Shown: positions 39,210-52,754 of the stretch, piece after piece
Numbering within the stretch: position 1 is the stretch's first letter
Layout: the number at the start of each line of letters is the position of its first letter
NCBI RefSeq assembly: GCF_001194135.2
Contig: NC_068989.1
Location: forward strand, 12,664,519-12,728,176
DNA: 63,658 nt
DNA from: Octopus bimaculoides
Lineage: Eukaryota
Direction of reading: 5' to 3'
Program-made: the position numbers and the translations under genes
The notes under the pieces: model-generated
Seen by the model: the letters and a program-made list of their open reading frames with translations, nothing else
What the model was told of the DNA's origin: nothing
Databases searched by the model: none

Positions 39210-39680
39210 TATTCAATATTTCGGGGTTATGACCCCATTTTCAAGAAAATAAACGTATCTTGCCGATGTGCGTGTTCATGAGCGTGTGTGGAGTGGAAAT
39301 GTGCGGAAAGGTGTTGTTATAGCAACCAGCTAGTTTCCTGTAACTCTCTTCTGTTGTTGATCTTAGGTTTCTTTTGGTGTATGAGGATGGCCTAAGAGAT
39401 TCTAAAGTTGCCCCTGTTCCGCTGTGCTTCCTTGATGTGCACCGTAAATTCCTTGCTCTGGTATTTCCGTAGATGTTTCTTCACGAAAGTGTCTTCCTGC
39501 ATGTGATCCTTAATGTGTATATGCAGTTTTGTTGTTGTGCTTCCTATGTAGGATGCGCCACAAATGATCTCATATACAACATTGGTTATCTGGCACAATT
39601 CAGGGTTATTGATGGGGCAGTTCGATAAGTATTGAGAGATGTGGTTCTTAAACAGAGCTTTTCTCAGGGACATATATTAT
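39210..39680 (-). mobile_element. Penelope-like element 3' fragment: GIY-YIG endonuclease plus degenerate hammerhead downstream
   Basis: ITNVVYEIICGASYIGSTTTKLHIHIKDH ... FRIS*AILIHQKKPKINNREE; downstream TTGAAAA-T-GGGGT-cata-ACCCC-GAAAT-ATT (39210-39252). Confidence 0.8.
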
Positions 39681-39759
39681 ATATAAGCATGGTAAAATTT
39701 TACATACTTGGTTTTCTTTGCATTCTTTACATACATAGACTCACAACCTCAAGATACAA

Positions 39760-39803
<44 letters not shown>

Positions 39804-42318
39804 GTATATATGCGCATGTTTGTGCATGAGCTTGTAAATATATATATGTATACGATCATATATTGAATATACATATTGAAGCAGGTAGGTGAAAAGAATT
39901 TCTTCATATCTTTATTATTACTTCGGTAGACTTTTATAGTCGCTGATACAGCACGCATAAAATGCGATATATATAATCTACGCGTAATATACAGAAGCAT
40001 AGCAAGCGTTTTTATGACTTGCTTGATAGAAAATAATCTCATTAGTCTATTCTGACATGGTATTTATGCACGGATGAAATGACTGACGTCAAAGACTATC
40101 ATAAATAACTAATATTTTAGTAGGCATTGTCACTGAATAGAACGACAAAATCATTAATATGTGAATAGTAATGAAAAATGAGAAATCGTAATATTTCTGT
40201 ATTATACTAAAAGAAAAATAACATCTCGTTGTAGTAACACTGTAATGTAGACCTTTATACAGTTTTATATGTTACATGTGTATAATCCTAGTATTTCCAG
40301 ATATATTTCGAGCAACAGTTTCTTATACGTGTGCAAAACTGATCTTATGTTAGTATAAATTATTGACCTTAAAATGTTAATGATGTTATATATTTTTTCT
40401 TATTCCCAACAGAGTGAAATTATATACGTATTTTGTTTTTGAATATAAAGGTGTTAAATTTTGAACACGATTACATCTACATCCTCTTGCTGCTAAAATT
40501 AATACTACAACCAAAAATATCCTGAATATTTTCAAACATGTTTTTCCTCATTCTAAATCCTTGAATACATAACATTTTTTTTTAAGAGGTACTTTTTGTG
40601 AAATATTAAGTTGCGACTGCGAAGCTGTTTACAGACAGCGACAAGGCTTTGCGGTGGTTCCGTGTCATTAATATCGTGCATTGTTTCTGTTGAATATGTG
40701 TTGTCTGTTGTTTGCTTAATCATTTTCAGTGAACACAATTCGTTATAACGTAAATAGTGCGGTGGAGGATAAAATATGTAACACCACGATGTAACACCAC
40801 AATACTTTTAGTTACACGCTGTGAGTGAAATGTCTTTCAAATTCATGTGCAAACTATTATTCGAGTTCCGACTAAATGCCAGTTGTAGTACTTTGGTAGA
40901 GCGTGTGTCACTTAGTAATTTTAGTTTAAATAGTTCACATGTCAATAATGTAAGTGTTACTACCGTTTGAACGAACCAACTCCGCGTTGTCTTTTTCTGC
41001 TGATCACGGAAAACAATAAAATGTACACTTTCTCGGGTGGTAAAGTCGAATATTGATTCCATAGCTAGATCTTTAATATATTTTATCGACTCTGTAGAGA
41101 TAAAAAAGAATGTGTACTCATGTAAACATGTGTAAGTAGAACGTCAGAAAATAGTGCACGGATTTTTTTCCGCCACTCTACACGTACAAATTTTAGAAGG
41201 ACTTACGCATGCATGCACGAACACATACACGCGCGCGAACGCATACACATTCGTATGAAGAGTCACTACTACACCAGCATACATATATTGACTTATAGAC
41301 AAAGGAAATTACTCGCTTCACAAGCTGATAATTTTCCAAGTTTTTACACTACTGATCACATCTCTTTACACATGAATATTTTACATATTTTTTTATATAT
41401 ATTGATGCTATGTTACGATCAGTTTGCTTTTTAAGTCTTTTTAGCAACGTATTTTATTAAAGACTGCATTCAAACGAAGTATCTTATTTTCTACGATCAG
41501 ACTTCCAGCATTAATACAATAATATGGGGAGAAACTGATGCCTTTTCCAAGTACTGCTTCCTTTTTTTTGGACATTTATATTTTTATAATAGCCATGATG
41601 AACAATTGCCATTGCTATGCTGTTTCAGATACGAGAACAAATTTCTTGATTACTCTATATTTTCATTGTGTTTCTCTATGTATTATGGAAATTTCTTTTC
41701 AAATGGTATATGATGTCTTCTTTAAACCATATATATTGAGCTACTCTAAACACGGACTTTTCTTCTCTCATTAACGTGTACTAAAATTCATTTAACTAAC
41801 CTTCAGGAGCTCCCAGCTTTTTCTTCCGTAAATACTTGTCTGGTTATAGACTCGTTTGAGAAATTTGCCATGAATAATGGAACACTTAAATACAGCTCTG
41901 ATATGTGTTGCACTTATAAACTGAAGGAGCACCATTTGGCTTGACGTTTACATCCTGTTTGACATTGACTTTATAACTTATATGGATGAGCTGAATTTAT
42001 TATTCCAGAATATATTTTCTGAGGAGAAGCCAATAAAATACTAGAGATATTATTTTACCTATGTTAAAATTGTCTTCCTTAAAGTTCTGTAGAAGGCGAG
42101 ATTCATATATAAAGTATGGTACACTAACAGTGTCCTCTCGAAAGACTTATATTTGCACTCATAAGTACATCGAACACTGGAAGTTTTTGTTGAACTTCTT
42201 TACAACGATAAATAAAATTTACACTGCTTTTACACAAGATGTCATTAGTGATATATAGCAGCCGAAACGTCAAATAAACATAGACATATATACAAATATG
42301 CAGAGGCGCACACACAAA

Positions 42319-42353
<35 letters not shown>

Positions 42354-42469
42354 CTGCGGTGAATAAATTGTCATCTAAATCACCACGCAAAAATGAGATT
42401 AACATTGACACCTCATTTTAACAGATATATTTACTAAAATCACATAATTCTACAGAGTAAATTTATGCA

Positions 42470-42893
42470 ATAAATCGTCATTGTTTAAGTTGGTAAATGC
42501 TGCTACAATCTTTGCCTTCAGTTGATATTTGGTTTTACGAGGAGTTTTGTTTGATCTCTCGCTCAACTGCAACCCACACGTAATAACCAGACGAATTGCA
42601 ATCTAGTGAGTTCAGTAGCTAGATGTTAGGGGCGATCTGGCCACAGAAATTGTCTGACAGCTATGACTGGGTTCTCCTGCTTGTGTGGCATGGTTCAGAG
42701 TCTTTTTGCCAGACATAGAGTCTTCCAGTAGGCACCGTCTTGACGCAAGCCAGCACTGATTCCTCCAGGCATTTCATGTAGGCCTCTGTGTTGAGTCAGA
42801 GGCCATGTGGGAAGATGAATGGAAGCATACCGTCGCTATCACTAGTGATCACTCCAAACACCATGATATTGACTGGAGTTTTGATTACATGGG
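42470..42893 (-). mobile_element. Tc1/mariner-superfamily transposase relic (maT/DD37D-like)
   Basis: IMVFGVITSDSDGMLPFIFPHGL*LNTEAYMKCLEESVL..GRLYVWQKDSEPCHTSRRTQS*LSDNF..NSLDCNSSGYYVW, matching WQQDSAPxHT and SPDxNPxDYxVW. Confidence 0.85.
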
Positions 42894-42894
42894 C

Positions 42895-43045
42895 TCCACT
42901 GCATAACTAGTACTTAATTTATCGACCTCGAAATGATGAAAGGCAATGTCGACCTCGCCGAAATTTGAACTCAGAACGTAACGGCAGACAAAATACCTCT
43001 AAACATTTTGCCTGGCGTCCTAATGATTCAGCCCGCTCGCCGCCT
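42895..43045 (-). mobile_element. SINE family A abutting the transposase relic
   Basis: Matches 28586-28736. Confidence 0.85.
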
Positions 43046-43829
43046 TTGAGATATGATATTTTATGTGTTTTTTGCATAACACAGGTATTGCAGTATTTAT
43101 TTAAGCCGTTTTCCTTTTTTTATTTATCTTACGTTCTTTGTAAGCGTGACGGAACATTTTTTTTAATGTTTTCTATGTTTGGACGGTACACTTTCAAAAG
43201 TATCTATTTCAGATCAACAACAACCAGTTGATAAACAATTTGTAAATATATACTTAATATATACATTTTGTAATTTCAAACGGAATTTCCTAAGTGTAGT
43301 TCAAGAAATGTATGTATCTCTGATTGCGTGTGGTCTAGTTACTACACCAATAATTTAAAGTATTATACTTACCAGGTGCTCTTCATCATAAAATAACTGA
43401 CTAAGATATCCATTTCCCTTATGGTATGAATCGAATGACAGAACAATCTCTTGCGTCTCCTTTATAATTGCATCGGCTCTTCAGGTGTGCTTGTATATTA
43501 CTAAAGTTTACGTTGCGTAGATTAACACGTATTATGCACGGCAGGTGGAAATATTTAAATATATCTATTAACGAATAACTGCGTATTAGTTTTCTAAAAC
43601 TCATATCAACATTCACAAACATTATCCAGGGATATGTCGAAATTAGTGTTGCAAAGGGACTGCGGCATATTAGGGAATAAACTGCAGCTTATGTTCCGCT
43701 GCTTCGTTAACGAGAGCTGTATCATGAACATATAGAACAACATTCAGCCTTAAGTTGCAAAAATCTCATACGATTATTTTATATCTTGTTAGTCTTTATT
43801 ATACATCGTTACATCTTTTTCTGTAAACG

Positions 43830-43940
43830 TGCGTAGCTTAGTGGCTGTGGCGTTTGACTAGCGATTGTAAGGCTGGTGTTCAATATACTAAACAATCGCT
43901 AATATGTGGCTTTGAGCAAGGTTTTCATTTCACGTTATAA
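43830..43940 (+). mobile_element. SINE family C head, degenerate
   Basis: gcgtagcttagtggctgtgg...ttgagcaaggttttcatttcacgtt. Confidence 0.55.
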
Positions 43941-44169
43941 TGAGTACGATTCAGATAACTGACCTGCCAACTATACTCGTGCTTGATTTTATTTTGGTGT
44001 TTCGTAGGTTCAGTTGTGAAGCAGACGAATGGATGTTTCTGTCTGCTTCCGACTGCGTAAACATGAAAAATATGCCTGGCATATACTAATATATAATACT
44101 GTCTCGCAAAAGACATTTGCCCATAATGCAAATGAAATCAAACAGTGAAATATTTCCTGGGCTCATGCA

Positions 44170-44235
44170 AAATGGTACAAGTCATGGATGGAGACATAGT
44201 CAATGACATAAGTGCATCACTGAAACAGTTTGGAT
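44170..44235 (-). pseudogene. Possible aminergic GPCR TM3/ICL2 relic
   Basis: TVSVMHLC (44206-44229) then shifted IDYVSIHDLYH, similar to TASIMHLCxISxDRYxxIxxPLxYH. Confidence 0.3.
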
Positions 44236-46418
44236 TGTTTGAGAGACGGACGACTAAGCTACAAGAAGCATTACTAGTGTTCTGCTGTGTAAGGTCAAAA
44301 AGATTATGTTCTGAAAGGGGTGGGTCATAGAAGCATGATCTACTGCACGGAGTGGATGAGTTGGAGTGTACACCAGATCATCCATAATGGCACAAAAGGT
44401 TATCAAAATCTCCCATTTTCCTTTGTATTCCAGGGGATGAATTCCTATACAAATTTGCTGATACAGCTGATTCTAAATGGAGCTATTTGCCATATATCAG
44501 TTAAGTAAACTTTGAAGTGTTCTATTCTACAGCATCAACAAATATCTATTTGAAAAGCACCTTTATCCAGGACCTATCTCACCTTAGGCACACTGAGTCC
44601 AATCCAAACGTATCTACTTGTCTTTATACTATCATTGTTTCAACTGAGAAAACCTGACATGACGAATTTTAAAGTAAAGGCTATTTGCAAACATAATTTA
44701 GCTGTACTGAACAGGGACACATATAAGGACACAGATAGTGTGTCGTATAGCCCACCAAGAAACGATGTTTCTTGGGGCTAAAACAACAGTAACGTCGTCT
44801 CTTTAGGACAGCCACATTATGTTGGCAAATAGCCAGCCTTTACTTTAAAGAACTGTTACCGAACATTTCTCTTTGAGAGATTTAGAAATACGAATATTTC
44901 GATGACAAATTTTTCCAAACATTACAGCTAAGAAAGCCTGCAATCTCAAATACATTTTCCACCAACGATATTCCTTCAAACTTCGAGAGATCATATGAAG
45001 CGTTTACGTCTAAGCATTCTCTGAGTACATACTCGATAACACAAACAAGAGAGAACTATTTGTACGGTAGCTATCCTGGATTAATCTTATAAATACGTTG
45101 TATGTTCACAGACGTAGCTTCTTTGTTGACAGCTCTTCGAGATCTGAATCAACTCTAAGGATATGGAAAAACAGCTCCGATAATTAGACGCACGCCAATA
45201 ATACAGCAATTATATATGTACGTTGTCTATATGCTATCTATGTGATGTAATAGACTTGATCAAGACAAAAACCCAATGCCCTAACGATTCAAAGTGTTAA
45301 AACCCTTAATATTTTTCAAACAGAGGGGAAAAAATGTTTTCCAAACAAATTATGATAAACATACAAACACGTTAACAGAGAAACACTTGTCTATATAAAG
45401 TTTACGATAATGTACATAAGAAACATGAAAAACCAACAAGGACTCAAAACAAAAAAAAAAAAAAAACGTAATAAACACATCACTGATAAGTAACAATAGC
45501 ATAAAAGATTTTGGCAAAAAATGTAATATCCGCTGTATTTCTATTATTAAAATATAGATAACAATAGTTGAAAGGTTTATATAAGTAATTGTTTAGTGAA
45601 ACTATAGTTTATAATCGACCCTCAATAAAGAAGTGGGGAGGTCGGACTTGTCCCATTTATGTCAATAGATAATCTTTGTATAAATTTGTATAACAATGAT
45701 ATGTCTATTTATGTCTATAAACAAGCTTTAATTATATATATGAGATGTGTATACATACGTTCATTGNNNNNNNNNNNNNNNNNNNNNNNNNNNNNNNNNN
45801 NNNNNNNNNNNNNNNNNNNNNNNNNNNNNNNNNNNNNNNNNNNNNNNNNNNNNNNNNNNNNNNNNNNNNNNNNNNNNNNNNNNNNNNNNNNNNNNNNNNN
45901 NNNNNNNNNNNNNNNNNNNNNNNNNNNNNNNNNNNNNNNNNNNNNNNNNNNNNNNNNNNNNNNNNNNNNNNNNNNNNNNNNNNNNNNNNNNNNNNNNNNN
46001 NNNNNNNNNNNNNNNNNNNNNNNNNNNNNNNNNNNNNNNNNNNNNNNNNNNNNNNNNNNNNNNNNNNNNNNNNNNNNNNNNNNNNNNNNNNNNNNNNNNN
46101 NNNNNNNNNNNNNNNNNNNNNNNNNNNNNNNNNNNNNNNNNNNNNNNNNNNNNNNNNNNNNNNNNNNNNNNNNNNNNNNNNNNNNNNNNNNNNNNNNNNN
46201 NNNNNNNNNNNNNNNNNNNNNNNNNNNNNNNNNNNNNNNNNNNNNNNNNNNNNNNNNNNNNNNNNNNNNNNNNNNNNNNNNNNNNNNNNNNNNNNNNNNN
46301 NNNNNNNNNNNNNNNNNNNNNNNNNNNNNNNNNNNNNNNNNNNNNNNNNNNNNNNNNNNNNNNNNNNNNNNNNNNNNNNNNNNNNNNNNNNNNNNNNNNN
46401 NNNNNNNNNNNNNNNNNN

Positions 46419-46450
<32 letters not shown>

Positions 46451-46620
46451 AGGTACGTACTTCGCTGTGTCTAGTGTAGTATGGGTGATTGTTTTCTTTG
46501 CACTACATTGTCAGCGTTGGCGTACGTTTGTCTGTGCATATGTGTGTATGTGTGTGTGGATGTGTGTATGTATGTGTATGTGTATGCTTTTCAACTGGTT
46601 GAAATAAAATATCTCCAGTA

Positions 46621-46996
46621 GGCGGTGAGGTCGTAGAAACATTAGGACGCCGGACGAAATGCTTAGCGGTATTTCGTCTGCCGCTACGTTCTGAGTTCAA
46701 ATTCCACCGAGATCGACTTTGCCTTTCATCCTTTCGGCGTCGATAAACTAAGTACCAGTTACGCACTGGGGTTGATGTAATTGACTTAATCTCTTTGTCT
46801 GTCTTTGTTTGTCCCCTCTATGTTTTGCCCCCTGTGGCCAATAAAGAAATAAGAAAGGTTAGCACGGCAAGCGAAATGCTTCGCGGTATTTCGTCTGCCG
46901 CTACGTTCTGAGTTCAAATTCCGCCGAGATCGACTATGCCTTTCATCATTTCGGGGTCGATAAACTAAATACCAGTTACACACTGGGGTCGATGTT
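46621..46996 (+). mobile_element. Dimeric SINE family A (head-to-tail)
   Basis: Unit 1 46621-46852 ends ccaataaagaaataa; unit 2 starts within the A-box region (gaaaggttagcacg) and repeats head and core. Confidence 0.9.
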
Positions 46997-49184
46997 AAGC
47001 CTCTGCCACCATCTTTTCGTTTTAGGTTGAGGCGGTCTTACGTCACTGTTTATGTGGAAATTATGTGTGCTTGTTAGCATTTTCTGGGTTATCACATCAA
47101 TGGCTCGGATCTCATAAAGCGTCCACTCTAGCAGCCCAAATATTGGTATGAATACTGGCACTTGAAACCTATTGTGGGTCACTGTTTTATTGAATAATTT
47201 CTCTGACTCATCTGAAATATCAGAACACTGTAAGTACATAATAGAATTATTATTAAATCATCCAACTGCCAGAATTATCGGAGCAAAGTATATAATCAAT
47301 CGGTGCATTTTTACTCATAGTAGCGTGCTTTGAAACAACACGGAGATCAACATTTCATTCGCATTTCACATTTTCGGGATTGATAAATAAATTATCAGTA
47401 AAGAGCAACAGAAAGAAAGGTAACAAATCGAATCGGATGCTTCGCGTCTTNNNNNNNNNNNNNNNNNNNNNNNNNNNNNNNNNNNNNNNNNNNNNNNNNN
47501 NNNNNNNNNNNNNNNNNNNNNNNNNNNNNNNNNNNNNNNNNNNNNNNNNNNNNNNNNNNNNNNNNNNNNNNNNNNNNNNNNNNNNNNNNNNNNNNNNNNN
47601 NNNNNNNNNNNNNNNNNNNNNNNNNNNNNNNNNNNNNNNNNNNNNNNNNNNNNNNNNNNNNNNNNNNNNNNNNNNNNNNNNNNNNNNNNNNNNNNNNNNN
47701 NNNNNNNNNNNNNNNNNNNNNNNNNNNNNNNNNNNNNNNNNNNNNNNNNNNNNNNNNNNNNNNNNNNNNNNNNNNNNNNNNNNNNNNNNNNNNNNNNNNN
47801 NNNNNNNNNNNNNNNNNNNNNNNNNNNNNNNNNNNNNNNNNNNNNNNNNNNNNNNNNNNNNNNNNNNNNNNNNNNNNNNNNNNNNAAGGGGCGAAAACTA
47901 ATTTAGTCCTTGCTGCTCCACTGAGGCGTGGCGAAACATTTCTGAAACTGAGACGTTACTGATACTGAAAGTTTCCCGATATTCCGATGGCTTCAGAGGA
48001 AGGGTTCGCAAAGTCCCTGAGTAGCTTCTGCAGTTTCCGTGCGCTAAAGAAAGAAACTTCAGTGCTCATTTCACCAGTAAAATTAATTCGTCTATTATTA
48101 TAATAAATTCAAGCAATATTCGAAACAAAGTCTTCAAATTTATGTAACAAGATCTAGTCTCCGTTTTAAAGTCACTGGTCAATTTGCATTTAATATAACA
48201 GTATATACTATATCTGGTAAGAGGTAGAGAAATTAATTAATTAAGGTGACTTTCTGAATATCGGATATCAACATCCTTCTGAAGTTTATAGTAAATATGA
48301 GATTCCCTTGGAGAGTAACTGTCTGGCTGATATTAATATAGTGCCGATGTCTTCAATGTTTCCGCTCTTAGAATTTCATTAATTTGTAATTAAAATATTA
48401 TTTTATGTACTATTTAAGTAATTATCTTACACTGATTAAATTTTAGGTTTAATTTCAGACTAATTAAATTTAGGGTGGTTGAGTCTGATGTATTACCATT
48501 TGAGATAAGCACACACAAAAAAAAATAAACATATACAAATATGATCGCACTTAAAAAATGTATGTATACATACACACACATATATGTTTGTGCATGTGTG
48601 TATGTGCGTGTATGTATGTATGTATGTATATTTACATATATGTACTAAATTTATTTATATGAAATCAAGTACACTTACTAGACACATATACATAATCACA
48701 TTCGTACCTCCTATACGTATTCCGCAAAAGTATATCACATGAACAAACAGGCACGCACATATATAGACATATATACATATAATTGGAGATAGGTTTGTGT
48801 GCATGTATAAGTGTATGGGTGACCATGCTTATACACATACACTCACACAAACACACTCACACACACATATTCTTCTATTTTTTTTTTATGTGTTTCAGAA
48901 AGAGTGTGAGAGAGAAATTGTTTTCATTTGAATACATATCTATGTCGGGCATTTCAATACAGCGATATGACGGTTATGATTATAACTTTCTCTAAGGTTT
49001 TGACCACGAAAGTGAACATAATTATCTTTGAACAAGAATCCTTAACGTGTGGCAGACACAGTTGGCGAGAGACATACATTCTAATAGCTAATAAATTTAT
49101 TTTGACATTATGGTTTAGTCTCCCTTACGCATTCAATCATGCAAAGATGCTTTGGACAACCTTAATAAAAGTCGATAGGTAGTA

Positions 49185-49335
49185 GTAGTAGTAGTAGTAG
49201 CAGCAGCGATAGCAACAACTAGCAACAGTACTTGTAGTAGTAGCAGCACAGCAGCAACTGTAGTAGTAATACTTGCAGCAGCAGCAGCAGCAACTGCAGC
49301 AGTAGCAGCAATAGTAGTAGTAGTAGTAGTAATAA
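49185..49335. repeat. Mixed (TAG)n/(CAG)n tract
   Basis: Directly visible. Confidence 0.9.
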
Positions 49336-49670
49336 TCAAGTTACGGGAACTGAACTTGGAAGTACTCTGTCATCCACCATATTCACCAGACATTGCACCA
49401 ACTGACTGTCATGTTTTCCAGGCATTAGACAAGTTTTTGCAAGGAGAACACTTCGAATCTGAAAAAGAAGTAAAAACAGCCTTTCGTGATTTCATCACCT
49501 CTTGCTATCCAGAATTCTTCGCTGTCGGCACAAATAAGCTACCAATAAAATGGCAAAATTGTGTTGATAATTTAGGTGCATACTTTGATTAACTGCACTG
49601 CTTTTTGTTGATATAAAGTAAAATGAACTTTCAGTTCATAATCGGACGTTTCATTCTTAATGACCTGATA
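49335..49670 (+). mobile_element. mariner (DD34D) transposon 3' end with right TIR
   Basis: KLRELNLEVLCHPPYSPDIAPTDCHVFQALDKFLQG...KLPIKWQNCVDNLGAYFD* (YSPDLAP motif), then ...cttaatgacctga-TA. Confidence 0.9.
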
Positions 49671-49844
49671 TTATCAGTAGTAGTATTATTACTGAGTGAG
49701 AGATCAATACATGCTATCAATGTGACACTGGGTTACAAATATATGAAACCGAATATGCCCGTTATATCGACCTGTTTGATAAGGATTCACCAAACACATG
49801 CATCACAACCATATGTGCGCAATAAGGTGATCCTTTATCAACAT

Positions 49845-50170
49845 AAACAGGGCATATCCTTGAAGGTGGGGCCTAGTTAGAATTTTCATCAGGTTTAGTA
49901 GCCCATCCAGCTCAAAAGGTCGTCTAGTGAGGGTTGTTTAAGGATGATGAATAAAACACACCTGCTTCCAGAGGTGAATTATTCTAATCTTAAAGAATCC
50001 CTCTCAACACATCCCTCTCAACACTACTACTGCTCATGATCAGAGATGCCCATATTGTAAGGCCCTAAGAGATGCTCAACTGGTAAAGGTCAAGCAAATG
50101 ACAAGCAAATCTAGAGTAGTGAGCAGAATATTTACAGTAGCTCATCTTTTTATGACAAGACAAAACATAG
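49845..50170 (+). repeat. Unclassified dispersed repeat D
   Basis: Shares sequence with 13375-13465 in opposite orientation; no coding or tRNA signature seen. Confidence 0.55.
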
Positions 50171-50279
50171 AAGATAAGGCACAAATCAGTTAAAGTCAGA
50201 AGCCATTAGAGACCGTGCCTGGTACTGCATCAAGACGTTTCTTATTGTTCTTGTTGTTGTTGTTGTTCTTCTTGTGTGG

Positions 50280-50535
50280 GTCGGATAGACGCCCGTGTAT
50301 ATATATATATATATATATATATATGAATATATATTAATGTATGTAAGTGTGTGTGTCCTAGCATAACTTGACAACTAGTGTTGGCGTGATTACATCCCCG
50401 TAACATAGCGGTTCAGACTAAGTTACCGATAAAATAAGAACTAGGGTTTAAAAAATGTACTCCGGTCAATTCATTCCACTACAAATTCTTAAAAGTTATG
50501 TCACAGCATGGTCACTGTCTAATGATTCATACGAA
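50280..50535 (+). mobile_element. SINE family B, degenerate 3' half
   Basis: gacgcccgtg-(TA)n-ttgacaactagtgttggcgtgattacatccccgtaac...cagcatggtcac. Confidence 0.7.
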
Positions 50536-51670
50536 GAAAGATAAAAGATATGCTTTAGCAATATGACCACCGACCGATGTTGTGCAAAGTTTGGCATCAT
50601 CATCAGCAGATTTAAGGAGACTGATAAGAAATTCTCTGAAACCTTCTTCCGATTTGAAATAGAATTGCATACAAACACTGTTCTTTCAAATTTTATTCCC
50701 CACCTCTTTCCTCAAACAATGTCACGGCTTCTGCAGTAAATTATTTTCGTCCTAGCATGTATAAATTGTTAATTAACAGACTGTGATAGCTATTTAATTA
50801 AAGGATAAGTAAACCTATGCACAACACTGCACTTGCCAAATGGCTACACCGGTCGGTTTACTTTTAGACGTCACCCTACCACCACACGCGCTCACATACA
50901 TATACCACGCACGTATGCACACGCAAACAAACACACGCACACTTACACATACACACATTTTTGTAATCAATCTGAACTAAAATATAAAAGCCTTTATAAA
51001 TTATGAGTCAATTCGTACATACTCGTGGTTTAAATGTATCATGCTTGAACACACGTTTATACATCTACATACGTATATACACGTAAATATCTGTGTGTAT
51101 TTGTCTGTTTGTGTGGCTGCGATTGTGAATAATTGTGTGAACATTAAGTGTGTGTGTGTGCGTGTGATGACATTTGCCATTTCTGCTTGGATGATTTGAG
51201 TAGCAATAAACTAGTTGATACATTTCAATAAATTATTTCTATCCATTACATTATATACCATTGCACCGATTTGAAACTAGTCAATGCCATTTGGATATTT
51301 CACTCTTGGGGCTTTACTCACAATGTAAAACGACTCTCTGCACCGAATGCAATGGTATATACACAAGATTAAGTTATATGATCTTCCCTTATATGCCTTT
51401 CATTACCGTCTCTACGGAATGGATATGACTTTCATTTTTCTCTACGATATTTCTCTACTAGAAACTTCCCTTTATATTTCTCTGCGCGTAACAGAATACA
51501 AAAACAATGATGCAATAAGCGTTTTTCAAAAATAATCATTTCACATAATATAAATGTCGCATTTCACATCTCTCGTAACATTAATAGATTCTCATCCTGA
51601 GTTGCTATCTATCCGCTCAATAAAACTCTAACTTTTGAGACTTCGCCTGACTTATTGTGTAAATTGGAAC

Positions 51671-51915
51671 GCAGGAGTGGCTGCGTGGTAAGAATCTTGC
51701 TTCGCAACCACATGGTTCCGGGTTCAGTCGTTTCACAGCCAATGTTGGCGTGTTTCCGGCTCCGTAAGTTAGCGGTTCGGTAAAAGAAAACAGTAGAATA
51801 AGTAGTAGGCTTACAAAGAATAAGTGCTGGGGGTCGATTTGTTTGACTAAATGCGGTGCTCCAGCATGGCTGCAATGAAACAACTGAAACAAGTAAAGGA
51901 AATAAAATAAAAAAT
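51671..51915 (+). mobile_element. SINE family B with internal deletion
   Basis: Head gcaggagtggctgcgtggtaag..gggttcagtc joined directly to the tail half (ttagcggttcgg..gctccagcatggc). Confidence 0.85.
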
Positions 51916-52754
51916 ACTTTAAGATGAACTTGACCGAAATCTCTACATGTTGCATAATCAACTGGAAAGCAATTAAAACGAGAATTAAGACAAGTAATTT
52001 TATGCTTTTTAGTTCTAAATACATTGCGACCAAATGCAGTGAATGGAATGTTTCTGATCACATGAGACTCGATCGTAGACCTCTTTCATGGTAAGTGGCC
52101 TTGGGATACACACATTATTCAACAAACCCTACATGAAAAGCACATTTAAAATGAAATGACATTTGTATACTACAAACTTGAAAGAAAATACTTTTCATTT
52201 CGCCTTTCTGAACAGATTATCATCAGGTTATCCTTATAGGATACATAAATATTTATTATTTCTGTTAGTATTTCAGGCTGAAAATGTTAAGTGATGGCCT
52301 GAAGAGTATCTGATTATGACATTTGAATGGTTCAACATTAAGAATGAATAGACCGCAGAATATTTTGAAATGATAAAAATTGTTTAAGGTAATCGTTTAG
52401 AGTGACGAAAACTCGGTTATAAAGAGATAGCATTAGATAAGGATGCTTTCATATTCAGAAATTTTACTCTCCGAAATAAAGTAAAGCTTCATTCTAAAAC
52501 CATTCAGATCTCGAGGCAAAAGCTTTGATTTTAATTACCATCGACGTTTCCTTGAATGAACTTTAATCAACAGGATTTGCTGACGCTACGGAAACGTTTT
52601 CGATTAGGGGCAGTCACAGTGAATAGACTAAGCATTCGGGAAATACCATACATACATACATACATACATACATACATACATACATACATACAATACATAC
52701 ATACATAGATACATACATATATATATGTGTGTATGTGTGTGTGTGCGTATGTGT

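Noticed and set aside
42225-42275. Hammerhead half-motif cagccgaaacgtc
   Set aside because: No CUGANGA core or pairing stem II/I partner found upstream.
47900-47960. ctgaggcgtggcgaaac as a hammerhead
   Set aside because: Core and stems do not fit.
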